A stretch of 56,434 nt of DNA from Candidatus Staskawiczbacteria bacterium (GCA_903845295.1 CAIMWV010000010.1:1-56434); one strand, 5' to 3'; counted from the first letter of the stretch, positions 47,032 to 56,434 are shown. The notes: generated from the sequence alone by a model not told the origin. Translations and numbers: made by a program.

Positions 47032-48453
47032 CTACAGAATCCATTTAGCTTTTTCGGCCCACTTGCCGACAAAAACCATCAAGAATATTCTCGTTATAAA
47101 TATTGCTGAAAACAAGCTTACAATAATGCCCAATGCCAATGTAAAAGCGAATCCTTTGATAAACGAAGTCGCCACAAAAAATAAAATTGCGCAGACAATC
47201 AATGAGTTAAAGTTGCTATCGCGAATTGACGGCCAGGCCCGTTTAAATCCCTCATCAATTGCCTGTGATAATCCTTTGCCCGATTTTATTTCCTCTTTCA
47301 TCCTGGCAAATATCAAAATATTGGCGTCAACCGCCATACCGATGGAAAGAATAAAACCTCCGATGCCGGCTAAGGTTAATGTTACAGGAATCAACTTAAA
47401 TATGGCTAAAGTCAGCGCTACGTATATCACAAGGGCAAGGGATGCGAGCAACCCCGGAAAGCGGTAAAACACCACCATAAAAATAACTACTGCTAAAAGG
47501 CCGTATATGCCTGCTAAAAGCGATTTTTGAAGGGATACCGAGCCGAGGGTGGGCCCTACTGTTTCTTGAGAAATCGGGCTTCCAATTTTAACCGGCAGAG
47601 CTCCGGAGTTCAGTCTTGAAGCAATAGAGTTGGCGGTCTGGCTTGACATATCTCCGGTAATAACTGCCTTTCCACCGGTAATTTTATCTTGCACAATCGG
47701 AGCATACAAATCCTGATTATCAATTTTCCCATCGCCGTTTGTATCTATAATAGAAGCCCCGTCCAAAAAAATTGCCAGTGGTTTTTTGATGTTCCTGGCT
47801 GTAATATCTGCAAAAATTTGGGCTCCTGCATCGTTAAACTGCAATTGGATCTGGGGCTTATAAGTTGTCTGGTCAAAAACAATAGTTGCTTTTGTCAAAT
47901 ATTTTCCGGTCAAATCAGTCGGCTTAAAATAAGGATTTTGCAAAGCCAGCTGCCAATCTTTAACTTTTGTAATATCTTGTTTTGCGGCTTCTGCTGCCTG
48001 AACTTGTTTTATAACATCTAAAATTTGCTTGGTTTCCTCGGCAGCTCTTTCTTCGTCAAATTCCAAATATGGAGTCTGGCCGATCATTTGTATCGCCTGC
48101 TGGACATCTGTGACTCCCGGCAACTCAACTGTTAATCTGTCTGTTCCCTGAATTTGCACAACCGGCTCGGAAACTCCGAACATATTGACCCTTCTTTCAA
48201 TCACATCTCTCAGCCCGGACATAGCTGCAGATTTGTCAGTAACCGTGCTTAAATCTGCCTGATAAACCAAACTGACTCCGCCCTGCAAATCGAGGCCCAG
48301 AATATATGGTTTCTCGGGAAAATGCGGGAGAGTCCATGACAGCTTATGATTTAAAAAGTCAACCCCTTTATTGAAATGATTAGGGTATGCAAAAATTCCG
48401 GCCAAAACAGCCAGAATCAAAACGCCGATAAAAATATAATATTTCTGCTGCAT
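47032..48453 (-). CDS. secD: Protein translocase subunit SecD
   Basis: LGLDLQGG, FGVSEP, L.SGALP, GPTLG, GMAVDANILIF.R.KEE, IKGFA.TL. Confidence 0.96.
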   Translation of the reverse strand: MQQKYYIFIGVLILAVLAGIFAYPNHFNKGVDFLNHKLSWTLPHFPEKPYILGLDLQGGVSLVYQADLSTVTDKSAAMSGLRDVIERRVNMFGVSEPVVQIQGTDRLTVELPGVTDVQQAIQMIGQTPYLEFDEERAAEETKQILDVIKQVQAAEAAKQDITKVKDWQLALQNPYFKPTDLTGKYLTKATIVFDQTTYKPQIQLQFNDAGAQIFADITARNIKKPLAIFLDGASIIDTNGDGKIDNQDLYAPIVQDKITGGKAVITGDMSSQTANSIASRLNSGALPVKIGSPISQETVGPTLGSVSLQKSLLAGIYGLLAVVIFMVVFYRFPGLLASLALVIYVALTLAIFKLIPVTLTLAGIGGFILSIGMAVDANILIFARMKEEIKSGKGLSQAIDEGFKRAWPSIRDSNFNSLIVCAILFFVATSFIKGFAFTLALGIIVSLFSAIFITRIFLMVFVGKWAEKAKWIL

Positions 48454-48522
48454 TTAGATATGAGTGTCAGTTAAAAAGTATTTTTTAGTATAGCTCTACG
48501 TCCTGAAATAGTCAACTCTTAC

Positions 48523-48999
48523 CTATAATTTTTCCAATAGCTTCAATTCCAATTTGCCGGTTTCTGTATTATAAACGGCGAATGCAGGCTTGTAAAACTG
48601 GCCTGCCAGTTCGCCCGGGTTTATCAGATGACATTTTTTTCCTTCGGCTCCGCTCAGGACAAGTTCGTCCCATGGCCTGTGCGTATGGCCATAAAAAACC
48701 AAATCAAATTTTCCTGACTGGGCCAGTTTCTTTGCCATATCCGGGAAATGGCAAAAGGCAATTTTCTTACCGCCAAACTCTAATTCCATTTTTTCCGGCA
48801 AATCTAAATTATAATCCGCATTTCCTTTTACAAACTTTATTTCCCCGTCAAAATATTTTTTGGCATCGTCAATTGTTTCCTGGCCTGAAATGTCTCCGCA
48901 ATGCAAAATCAGCCGGATCTTCTCTTTCATTATCCAATCTATTGCCTTCTTAAAATTCACCCAATTATTATGCGTATCCGAAATAACCGCTATTTTCAT
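48523..48999 (-). CDS. YfcE/MJ0936-family metallophosphoesterase
   Basis: ISDTH, HCGD, GNAD, YGHTH, NPGE; in-frame REP encoding VLSGAEG. Confidence 0.9.
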   Translation of the reverse strand: MKIAVISDTHNNWVNFKKAIDWIMKEKIRLILHCGDISGQETIDDAKKYFDGEIKFVKGNADYNLDLPEKMELEFGGKKIAFCHFPDMAKKLAQSGKFDLVFYGHTHRPWDELVLSGAEGKKCHLINPGELAGQFYKPAFAVYNTETGKLELKLLEKL

Positions 49000-49301
49000 G
49001 ACTCATCAAGAATTATTTTGTCTTTGAATTTTCCGCGCTCTTCTGACTTATTATTTTTAACTTTTTACAATTCTTTTTTATCAAATTTTTTATAATCTAA
49101 AATCGCATTAATAACCTCCAAAATATCCGCCATCTCTTCTATGCTTTCGGCCTTCATGAATTCATTTACCTCTTCCTGTAATTTTTCCTTCAGTTTCTGC
49201 CGATATTCAGCATCATCTGCAATATGAGTTACAGGAATTCTGCCTTTGCTTTTGATTATTTCGGGAATCTTATCCCTGACTAATTTGTTGTATTTAGTCA
49301 T
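48996..49301 (-). pseudogene. MazG-like NTP pyrophosphohydrolase with internal TAA at 49065-49067
   Basis: [13 protein letters not shown]...KL.EE..EF...EEMADILEV. The frame continues after the stop as KVKNNKSEERGKFKDKIILDES* and overlaps the next ATG. Confidence 0.8.
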
Positions 49302-49818
49302 ATATATTAATCCAATATCTAAGTTTTATTTTCCCCGAATCTTTTCCCGAATCTGCCTTTACTTTGCTTTCAAATATCCCACCATTTTTCTCTATTATCT
49401 TCTTTGAACCGATATTGTCTTCATTGCAGGTTACCAATACTTTCTTGATTCCCAATTGTTCTGATTTCTTTAACGCCAGAGCTAAAATTTTTGCCCCATA
49501 TCCTTTTTTTCTTTCTGACGGCCTGATTTCATAACCTATATGCCCGCCGTATTTCCTCAACAACTCTGTCAGCTTATGCCTTATCGAAACTTTGCCGATA
49601 AACTTATCTCCGTCAACAAGCCAATAAACGCTGGCCGGGACATAGCCATTGGGCAGGTCTCTCCCTTTTTCCTGGTTTTTTAACAGCTTTATATAAGCCG
49701 GGAAATTATCTCTCAGCCCTTTTAATGTATCATCTTGACGATCTTCTATTTTAAACTCTTCCTGGGCTTCTAAAAAACTTTTTTTGTATTTTATATTTGG
49801 TTTTACCAGCCTGACCAT
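49294..49818 (-). CDS. GNAT family acetyltransferase
   Basis: [38 protein letters not shown]. Confidence 0.9.
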   Translation of the reverse strand: MVRLVKPNIKYKKSFLEAQEEFKIEDRQDDTLKGLRDNFPAYIKLLKNQEKGRDLPNGYVPASVYWLVDGDKFIGKVSIRHKLTELLRKYGGHIGYEIRPSERKKGYGAKILALALKKSEQLGIKKVLVTCNEDNIGSKKIIEKNGGIFESKVKADSGKDSGKIKLRYWINIYD

Positions 49819-49844
49819 ATTATTTATATTATTTATCGATATAT

Positions 49845-50291
49845 TTAACTCTTGGAATTTCTGAGACTGTCTGACGACTTCAATTTTTCTTTGATTCCCG
49901 GCTCTTCAAGCAACATTTTTAAAGGAAGTATCAATGGTTGAGGCAAGTTATTCAGATTAAACCATCCAATTTTTTCACATTTATCAGGTTCCATAATCTT
50001 CGGCGTTCCTAAAATCCCTTTTGCCAAAACTTCTATAGTTACATAATGTTTTTCCGGAGAAAAAATAGTATTGAGGGTTGCCAGCATTTCAATATTTTCT
50101 AAATCCAAACCGACTTCTTCTTTTAATTCCCTTCTGACGCATTCTAAAAAGCTTTCCCCCATTTCCAGATGGCCGCCCACCGACGCCCATGTCCCGCCCT
50201 CATGGTTTCCCTTTCTCAGCATCAAAAAAATCTGGTGCTTATCGTTAACAATATTAATTCCCATTCCAACTTTTGGCCTATTTTTTTCCAT
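49845..50291 (-). CDS. NUDIX hydrolase
   Basis: GGHLE.GES..EC.RRELKEEVG Nudix box and MEPDKC. Confidence 0.9.
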   Translation of the reverse strand: MEKNRPKVGMGINIVNDKHQIFLMLRKGNHEGGTWASVGGHLEMGESFLECVRRELKEEVGLDLENIEMLATLNTIFSPEKHYVTIEVLAKGILGTPKIMEPDKCEKIGWFNLNNLPQPLILPLKMLLEEPGIKEKLKSSDSLRNSKS

Positions 50292-50292
50292 T

Positions 50293-51168
50293 TTACTTAC
50301 CAGTAACGCAATTATTAAAAATATTCACTTGATTATTATATTTTGCAATAGCTTCTTTAATTTGCCCTACCAATAAATTATACTTTTCGACCAATTGATT
50401 ATAATCATCCGCCATTTGGCCGTAACCTGCGGAGTTTTGGTTTGCATTGTCAAGCTGTGTTTTCTTATTATTAATCTGCGAAGAAAATATTTCAAGTTGC
50501 GATTCGGCTGAATCAATCCCATTTTTTAAGTTAGTATCCGGCTGGACGCACGCGGCCGATGGAAACCCGAATTCCTGCACGCCAATCAAAACTGTTTGGC
50601 CCTTATAAGTTCCTTTAATTATGGCAACGCCGATTTCCGTGTATCTGTTGTTTAAGATATTCGCCCTATGCCCGGGGCTTGCCATCCAATCGTCAACGAC
50701 TTCCTTTTCCGATGAAAAATTCCCTAAAATTAAATTTTCTCCCTCAACAATATAATCATAACCGAAACCTTGCACCAATTTTCCCGGATCAACGCCAGAT
50801 GGCGAGACGTGCTCAAAATACTGCTTTGAAAACATATCATTGGCTTTGGCCGAAGCTGCCCCATCAAGTTTTATATTTTCTTTTAATGCCAACAAGTTCC
50901 CGTTTTCCTGCCTTTGCAAATTTGTTTCTGCAATAATCCGGCTTTGCAACAAGACAACCGACTTTGCCGCGCCCCCGATATTCAAGGGAGGCGGTGTCAA
51001 TATTTCTTTCTCGACCTGCTTCAATGTTGAGCCAATATCTGTTTTTTTCAAGCTTTGTACGCCCTTGTTGAAACTATTATAAAATTTTACGGCATCATCC
51101 TTAAAGTAAATCCCCGCTCCCAAAGCCGCAATTATCAAAATAAAAATTATACTTTTAGATACCTTCAT
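50293..51168 (-). CDS. CAP/SCP domain protein with N-terminal anchor and coiled-coil tail
   Basis: KA.DM....YFEH.SP.G, GENL, WMASPGHRANIL, EIGVA. Confidence 0.9.
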   Translation of the reverse strand: MKVSKSIIFILIIAALGAGIYFKDDAVKFYNSFNKGVQSLKKTDIGSTLKQVEKEILTPPPLNIGGAAKSVVLLQSRIIAETNLQRQENGNLLALKENIKLDGAASAKANDMFSKQYFEHVSPSGVDPGKLVQGFGYDYIVEGENLILGNFSSEKEVVDDWMASPGHRANILNNRYTEIGVAIIKGTYKGQTVLIGVQEFGFPSAACVQPDTNLKNGIDSAESQLEIFSSQINNKKTQLDNANQNSAGYGQMADDYNQLVEKYNLLVGQIKEAIAKYNNQVNIFNNCVTGK

Positions 51169-51626
51169 TGCATTTTTAAATTTTGAAGTATCTTAAATCC
51201 CTTTTTGATTGAGCGTATCTCGGGATCCTTCTCTCCTTTTTCTTTGGAAAATATAAGTTTTAGTTCATTCTCGGCTATCCATAAAAAACTGGCGTGATCG
51301 AGCCGATTTATTTTTACATTCTCTATCGGTTCTTCAAATGTAGCGAAATAAATTTTTTCAATTACAGGGGTATCAGTGGTATAAGAAAATTCATCAAATT
51401 GATCAGCGACAACAATATGCATGCCTAATTCTTCTAAAATTTCCCGCTTAAGCCCATCTATAGGATCTTCTCCAGATTCAATGTGCCCGCCGGGCAACTC
51501 ATAGACTCCTGGCATAAAAGTTTTCGTATCAGCTCTCTTGGCTACAAAAACTCTTTCGACACCATCAAAATTATGATGTATAAATGCACAGGCCGTTACA
51601 GTTTGGCTATTATTTTTATTTTCCAT
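51165..51626 (-). CDS. NUDIX hydrolase
   Basis: ELPGGHIESGE....GLKREILEELG. Confidence 0.88.
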   Translation of the reverse strand: MENKNNSQTVTACAFIHHNFDGVERVFVAKRADTKTFMPGVYELPGGHIESGEDPIDGLKREILEELGMHIVVADQFDEFSYTTDTPVIEKIYFATFEEPIENVKINRLDHASFLWIAENELKLIFSKEKGEKDPEIRSIKKGFKILQNLKMQ

Positions 51627-52431
51627 GGCATTTTTTATACTTCTTGCCAGATATCAGATTATTGTTAATTTCTTCAATTGTTTTATGCAATTTAAGATCA
51701 ACTCCGATGCTATCAGCAAAACATATTATGGCCCTTGTGTCTTTCGGCAGGCATTTCCCGCCGTAGCCCCTGTAACCGTCAAAAAATATATCTAAGTGGG
51801 AATCGCCTATCCTATTATCAGCCGCAACAATTTCTTTTACCGTCTCATAACCAATCCCTGATTTTTTGCACAAATCATACATTTGGTTGGCAAAAACCAC
51901 TTTAGATGCCAAAAATGTATTTATAAAATATTTTACCATTTCAGCGTCTCGTGCGCTTACTATTTTTTTGAAGGGGGCATCGGGCAATATTCTTAAAATA
52001 TCTCCGGCAACTTCCCGGCTTTTTGAAGTAAAGCCTACTATCTGCTTATCGGGAAATTTCATGTCATTTTTTGCATTACGCTCCGTCAAAAATTCCGGAT
52101 TAAACAAAACTTTATGGCCGGGATATTTCTTTTGCAATTTTTCCGTTGTGCCAGGGAGAACAGTTGATTTTATAATCACTATCTTCTCGCCTGAAATATT
52201 TTTGCAGGCATCCTCGACATAAGATAAATCAAAACCGTTCTTTTTATCAAACGGAGTCGGCACGCATATAAAAATCACGTCTGCTTTATTTACTTTAACC
52301 AAAGATCCTCTCCCGTTTTTATCATAAACAAAAAGCGGCGCGCCCTTTTCTTTAAAATAATTTTCCAATGCTCCGCCCACGGTTCCCAACCCGATTATGC
52401 CTATGCTATATTTTTTAGAATTCATTGCCAT
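51616..52431 (-). CDS. UDP-glucose/GDP-mannose dehydrogenase family (N-terminal and central domains only) ending in a SecA-like tail
   Basis: GIIGLGTVG, FICVPTP, KSTV.PGTT, NPEFL, AEMVKY..N, GYGGKCLPKD; C-terminus SGKKYKKCHGK*. Confidence 0.88.
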   Translation of the reverse strand: MAMNSKKYSIGIIGLGTVGGALENYFKEKGAPLFVYDKNGRGSLVKVNKADVIFICVPTPFDKKNGFDLSYVEDACKNISGEKIVIIKSTVLPGTTEKLQKKYPGHKVLFNPEFLTERNAKNDMKFPDKQIVGFTSKSREVAGDILRILPDAPFKKIVSARDAEMVKYFINTFLASKVVFANQMYDLCKKSGIGYETVKEIVAADNRIGDSHLDIFFDGYRGYGGKCLPKDTRAIICFADSIGVDLKLHKTIEEINNNLISGKKYKKCHGK

Positions 52432-52439
52432 GGCATTTT

Positions 52440-52889
52440 TTATTTTTCTGGCCAACCAAACTCAATATATTTTTGTCCATTTAAATAACAATCTATTGCA
52501 CTGCGGATATACAAGATAGTATTTGATGGCAAATTATCTAGCGGAAACCAGGACAAGTCATCGCATTTATTTGGCTCCATATTTTTTATTTCTCCTTTCC
52601 AATCTTTTGCAACAAAAAACAAATCAATTCTTTCATGATCTCCGTGCCAGCGATGCATTGTTAAAACCAATTCCAGATTGTCCGTCTTCAGTTTTACTCC
52701 CGCCTCTTCAAAAGCTTCTCTGACCATTGCGTTTTTCATGGTTTCTCCGCCGTCGGCATGGCCGGCCACTAAACCGTATTTTCCATCTTCAAACCCGGTT
52801 TGGAACCTCCGAAGCAATAAAATTTTTTGTTCTTTGATAAAAAGCGCATAAACCGAGGGAATTAACTTGAATCTTTCTTTTACCGCCAT
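52440..52889 (-). CDS. NUDIX hydrolase
   Basis: AGH.DGGET...AM.REA.EEAG and NMEPNKCDDL.WF. Confidence 0.9.
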   Translation of the reverse strand: MAVKERFKLIPSVYALFIKEQKILLLRRFQTGFEDGKYGLVAGHADGGETMKNAMVREAFEEAGVKLKTDNLELVLTMHRWHGDHERIDLFFVAKDWKGEIKNMEPNKCDDLSWFPLDNLPSNTILYIRSAIDCYLNGQKYIEFGWPEK

Positions 52890-52890
52890 A

Positions 52891-55365
52891 TTATTTTTTC
52901 TCCCTCATTAGTTTTTTATGCTCTTCAGTATTCAACATCCCGCATTTCTTATATTTCTTGCCGGAGCCGCACGGACAGAGGTCATTTCTGCCGATTTCTT
53001 TTTTACCGGCCTGCCCTGAGCCCGGCGAACGGGATTCAACAGCGCGAGACTGCGGAGTTGGTTTTTGACGAACCTGCAGGCCGGCTTTCAGGATATTTTC
53101 TGCGATATCAGCGTCAATGGTTGCCAGCAGCTGTCCGAATGCTTTATGCCCCTCATTTTTATATTCAACCAAAGGATCCCTGCCCGAATAAGCCCTCAAT
53201 CTCACAGAATCCCTTATGTGATCCATATAAGACAGGTGTTCCTGCCAAAGCATATCCAAAACACGCAAACAAACAAATTTTTCCACTTGTTTCATATTTT
53301 CAGCTCCCAATTCTTTCTCTTTTTTGCCGTACTCTTCTGGCGAAAGCCCGGCTTTCGCGAAAATTTCCAAAACTTTTTCCTTCAAATCAGAAGTTCCCAA
53401 AAATTCTTTTCTTTTTTTATAAATAATTTCCCTGTGCTTATTCAAAACATCGTCATACTCCAACAGGTGGTGGCGCGAGTCAAAATTGAATCCCTCAATT
53501 TTCTCTTGTGCCGACTCAATGGCGCCCGAAATCATTCCTGCTTGTATAGGCTCGTCTTCAGGAATTTTCAAGGCAGTCATCAAAGATTTTATCCTGTCTC
53601 CACCGAAAATCCTCATTAAATCATCTTCCAGTGAAACAAAAAATTGCGTTGATCCCTGATCTCCCTGCCTGCCGGATCTTCCTCTAAGCTGGTTATCAAT
53701 TCTCCTTGCGTCGTGCCTTTCGGTTCCCATAACATGCAAACCGCCCAATTCCTGGACCATTTTAGCTTCCTCGGGACTGGACGGATTGCCGCCTAAAATA
53801 ATATCCACGCCCCTGCCCGCCATATTTGTTGCAATCGTTACGGCTCCCTTTTTTCCTGCCTGGGCTATGATTTCACCTTCCCTTTCGTGGTTTTTAGCAT
53901 TTAAAATATTGTGGGGAATGCCTTTCGTTTCCAATAATTTTCCTAAATACTCGTTCCTTTCAACAGACCTTGTGCCGACTAAAATCGGCTGGCCTTTTTT
54001 ATGGAGTTCCTCAATTTCTTTTATGGCCGCAGAGAACTTTCCGGCTTCTGTTTTAAAAACTTTGTCGGAAAAATCCTTTCTTACCAGGGATTTGTGCGGA
54101 GGAATTGCAACAACCTCCAGTTTGTAAACTTTATCAAATTCTTCGGCGGAAGTCAGCGCGGTTCCTGTCATGCCGGCCAGCTTTTTGTACATCCTGAAAT
54201 AATTTTGGAAAGTGATTGTTGCCATTGTTATAGATTCCGGCCTTACAACAACCCCTTCTTTCGCCTCCACTGCCTGATGCAGTCCCGCTGACCACCGGCG
54301 TCCGGGCAAAATTCTGCCGGTGAATTCGTCAATAATCAAAATCTCCCCGTTTTTTACGGTGTAATCCCTGTCTTTCAAAAATAACGCTTTGGCTTTCAGC
54401 GCAGATTCCAATTGGTGGGTTGTTATGATATCGTTGTCCAACCAGGGATCGAATCCCAGGCTTTTTACAACCCTGTTCTGCCCTTGGTCTGTGAAAGTGA
54501 CTGATTTTGCTTTCTCATCAAGCTCATAATCAATGCCTTTTTCCAAGGGAGATATAACTCTTGCAAAAGTATAATATTTTTCGGTTGCTTCCTCCGCCTC
54601 GCCGGAAATTATTAAAGGCACCCTTGCTTCATCAATTAAAATTGAATCGACTTCATCAACAACAACAAAATTAAAACCGCGCTGGACTTCCTGATTTCTT
54701 TCGTAGACCATATTATCTCTCAAATAATCAAACCCGAATTCATTATTGGTTCCATAAGTAATATCAGCCGCATATGCTTCTTTCCTTGAAACCGGCTTTA
54801 GATAATTCTGGACCACCTTGAAATTTCCCATTGTGTCCCTTTCCTTGTCTTTCTCTTCATTTTTATAATTAGCGTCATAAACGTATCCTGATTCGTTTAC
54901 AATGCATCCTGCAGACAGCCCCAGAGCGTCATAAACCTGCCCCATCCAAACCATATCTCTTTTGGCCAGATAGTCGTTTACCGTAACAACGTGCACCCCA
55001 AGGCCCAATAATGCGTTTAAATAGGCAGGTAGAGTGGCTGACAGGGTTTTGCCCTCGCCTGTTTTCATCTCTGCAATTTTGCCCTGATGCAGGACGATTC
55101 CGCCTATCATTTGCACGTCAAAATGCCGCTGGTTTAAGGTTCTTTTTGAAGCTTCGCGGACCAACGCAAAAGCCGCAGGAAGAATATCTTCCAAGGTTTC
55201 TCCTTTCGCTAATCTTTCTTTAAATTCTTTTGTTTTTTCTTTTAATTGCTCGCCTGAAAGTTTTTCAAATTCCGGTTCAAAAGAATTTATTTTTTCTATT
55301 ATGGGATTTAACCCTTTTACAAACTTTTCATTAGGATCCCCAAAAATTTTAGATAAAATTGACAT
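52891..55365 (-). CDS. secA: Preprotein translocase subunit SecA
   Basis: EMKTGEGKT, VVTVNDYLA.RD, GFDYLRDNM, DEVDSILIDEAR, ATNMAGRG, IDNQLRGRSGRQGD, GRND.CPCGSGKKYKKC. Confidence 0.98.
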   Translation of the reverse strand: MSILSKIFGDPNEKFVKGLNPIIEKINSFEPEFEKLSGEQLKEKTKEFKERLAKGETLEDILPAAFALVREASKRTLNQRHFDVQMIGGIVLHQGKIAEMKTGEGKTLSATLPAYLNALLGLGVHVVTVNDYLAKRDMVWMGQVYDALGLSAGCIVNESGYVYDANYKNEEKDKERDTMGNFKVVQNYLKPVSRKEAYAADITYGTNNEFGFDYLRDNMVYERNQEVQRGFNFVVVDEVDSILIDEARVPLIISGEAEEATEKYYTFARVISPLEKGIDYELDEKAKSVTFTDQGQNRVVKSLGFDPWLDNDIITTHQLESALKAKALFLKDRDYTVKNGEILIIDEFTGRILPGRRWSAGLHQAVEAKEGVVVRPESITMATITFQNYFRMYKKLAGMTGTALTSAEEFDKVYKLEVVAIPPHKSLVRKDFSDKVFKTEAGKFSAAIKEIEELHKKGQPILVGTRSVERNEYLGKLLETKGIPHNILNAKNHEREGEIIAQAGKKGAVTIATNMAGRGVDIILGGNPSSPEEAKMVQELGGLHVMGTERHDARRIDNQLRGRSGRQGDQGSTQFFVSLEDDLMRIFGGDRIKSLMTALKIPEDEPIQAGMISGAIESAQEKIEGFNFDSRHHLLEYDDVLNKHREIIYKKRKEFLGTSDLKEKVLEIFAKAGLSPEEYGKKEKELGAENMKQVEKFVCLRVLDMLWQEHLSYMDHIRDSVRLRAYSGRDPLVEYKNEGHKAFGQLLATIDADIAENILKAGLQVRQKPTPQSRAVESRSPGSGQAGKKEIGRNDLCPCGSGKKYKKCGMLNTEEHKKLMREKK

Positions 55366-55500
55366 AGGTTATATATCTTTTTATAGCTTTTTTAGTGTCT
55401 TTTGTAAACCTTGTACAGAATTGCCTGGAACGAAGCTTAATTATTGCCAGACTTTCCTAATTATGATAGGTTTAAAATAGAACCTTAGGAGGGAAAAATC

Positions 55501-55926
55501 ATGCCGATTTGCCAACATGTCGTATCACGCATGTTGTGGGGCGGCAGCGTCCGTCCCCCAGACCAGCCATGCACCGAAGAAGCAGCGGCTCTCGTCGCTG
55601 TACCTGGCCATCCCGAAGGGATTCATGTTTGCAGAAATCATTTTGAGCAGTGGGCGGTAATATATCGCCCCAAAAAATGCGCCAAATGCGGCGACCCTCT
55701 TGGCGGTCCCCACGGCGGTTCAAAGACTGATTTTTGGGACGAGGTTTGGCCATACCAAATGAAGGTCAAGGGCGTCCTTCACCTCGTCTGTCTTTGGTGT
55801 TATGTGCCGATGCTCTCAACGGCAATGAGTTCAGAGACTGCGGCAATGGCATCGACAGAATTGCCCGACGGAATGCTCGGAGTAGATAAAGGCGACAACC
55901 TTTCCCTTGAGATTCCAATCCGGTAG
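55501..55926 (+). CDS. Hypothetical Cys/His-containing orphan protein
   Basis: AGGAGG RBS; CxxH, CxxC and CxxC motifs; hairpins downstream. Confidence 0.55.
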   Translation: MPICQHVVSRMLWGGSVRPPDQPCTEEAAALVAVPGHPEGIHVCRNHFEQWAVIYRPKKCAKCGDPLGGPHGGSKTDFWDEVWPYQMKVKGVLHLVCLWCYVPMLSTAMSSETAAMASTELPDGMLGVDKGDNLSLEIPIR

Positions 55927-56017
55927 ATATCGGATTGGTAATTTAGAAGATCGCGACAATCTTTGTCCGGTCAATCAGCGAAGCCACAGGTTTCGCTTTT
56001 TTATTTATTTTTTTACT

Positions 56018-56050
56018 AAAAAACCACCTCGACAAAAGGGTGGCTTTTTT
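56018..56050. terminator. Terminator-like hairpin after hpf
   Basis: AAAAAACCACCT...GGGTGGCTTTTT. Confidence 0.5.
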
Positions 56051-56053
56051 AAG

Positions 56054-56434
56054 TTAGATTTCTATTTCTCCTTTTGATTTTCTCTGATCCCTGCGGTTCT
56101 TGTCAATATTTTTGAATTTATATTTTTCAATTTCCATCTTCAGTTCGTTTTTGGCTCCGACAATAGCCTTAAACAGGTCGTCTGCCCTATACCAAGCCTC
56201 CAGACTTTTACCCGGCAGTATAACCTGGGTTTTAACCAGAAAAATCTTTCCTTTTTTATGATGCTGGGTTTCTTTCTCCACTTCAACAAATACTTCAGCC
56301 AAAGTTTTTCCCTTATCGGGTGTATCCTGCTTAAGGATATCGATGTGTTTTTTAACTGATCCAATCTTTTTTTCAACAAAGTTCTGCAAACCCTCTGTTA
56401 AATCTAAATTTTTTGTTTTTATTATGATTTTCAT
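56054..56434 (-). CDS. hpf: Ribosome hibernation promoting factor (RaiA/S30EA)
   Basis: MKI.IK.KN.DLT..L..FVEKKI; HHKKG; LPG..L.A....DL..AI. Confidence 0.88.
   Translation of the reverse strand: MKIIIKTKNLDLTEGLQNFVEKKIGSVKKHIDILKQDTPDKGKTLAEVFVEVEKETQHHKKGKIFLVKTQVILPGKSLEAWYRADDLFKAIVGAKNELKMEIEKYKFKNIDKNRRDQRKSKGEIEI

Noticed and set aside
1-56434. Alternative genetic code (TGA=Gly) and the many short antisense ORFs
   Set aside because: Conserved genes such as murJ, pgk and recJ end at TGA at expected lengths. The shadow ORFs overlap well-supported genes and lack motifs.

Overview
This window looks like the chromosome of a reduced-genome bacterium, probably Patescibacteria/Parcubacteria (inference from gene content and shortened pgk/recJ/secD; TGA is used as a stop). 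The left edge holds the 3' part of a large serine recombinase that reads into the antisense of tRNA-Asp, followed by two CAT tRNAs and a small GIY-YIG gene. Housekeeping genes include lepA, murJ, RNase P RNA, an RNase HI family gene, maf, a recJ-like gene, pgk, secD/secF, secA and hpf. The dominant feature (13.9-43.4 kb, minus strand) is a tandem array of 13 divergent, ~550-600 aa Cys-rich paralogs. Each has a zinc-ribbon module at both ends and a variable Cys-repeat core. They are interleaved with two VirD4/TraD-like P-loop ATPases, and one ATPase carries the same CxxC-x17-CxxC ribbon pattern that ends the paralogs. A second signal recurs across the window: displaced duplicate gene termini. 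Orphan C-terminal tails follow lepA, secA (twice) and three array genes, and orphan N-terminal heads precede rnhA, pgk and possibly murJ. Several lie next to short palindromic elements. At least three palindromic repeat families and one ~275 bp MITE are present, and several repeats sit in-frame inside proteins.
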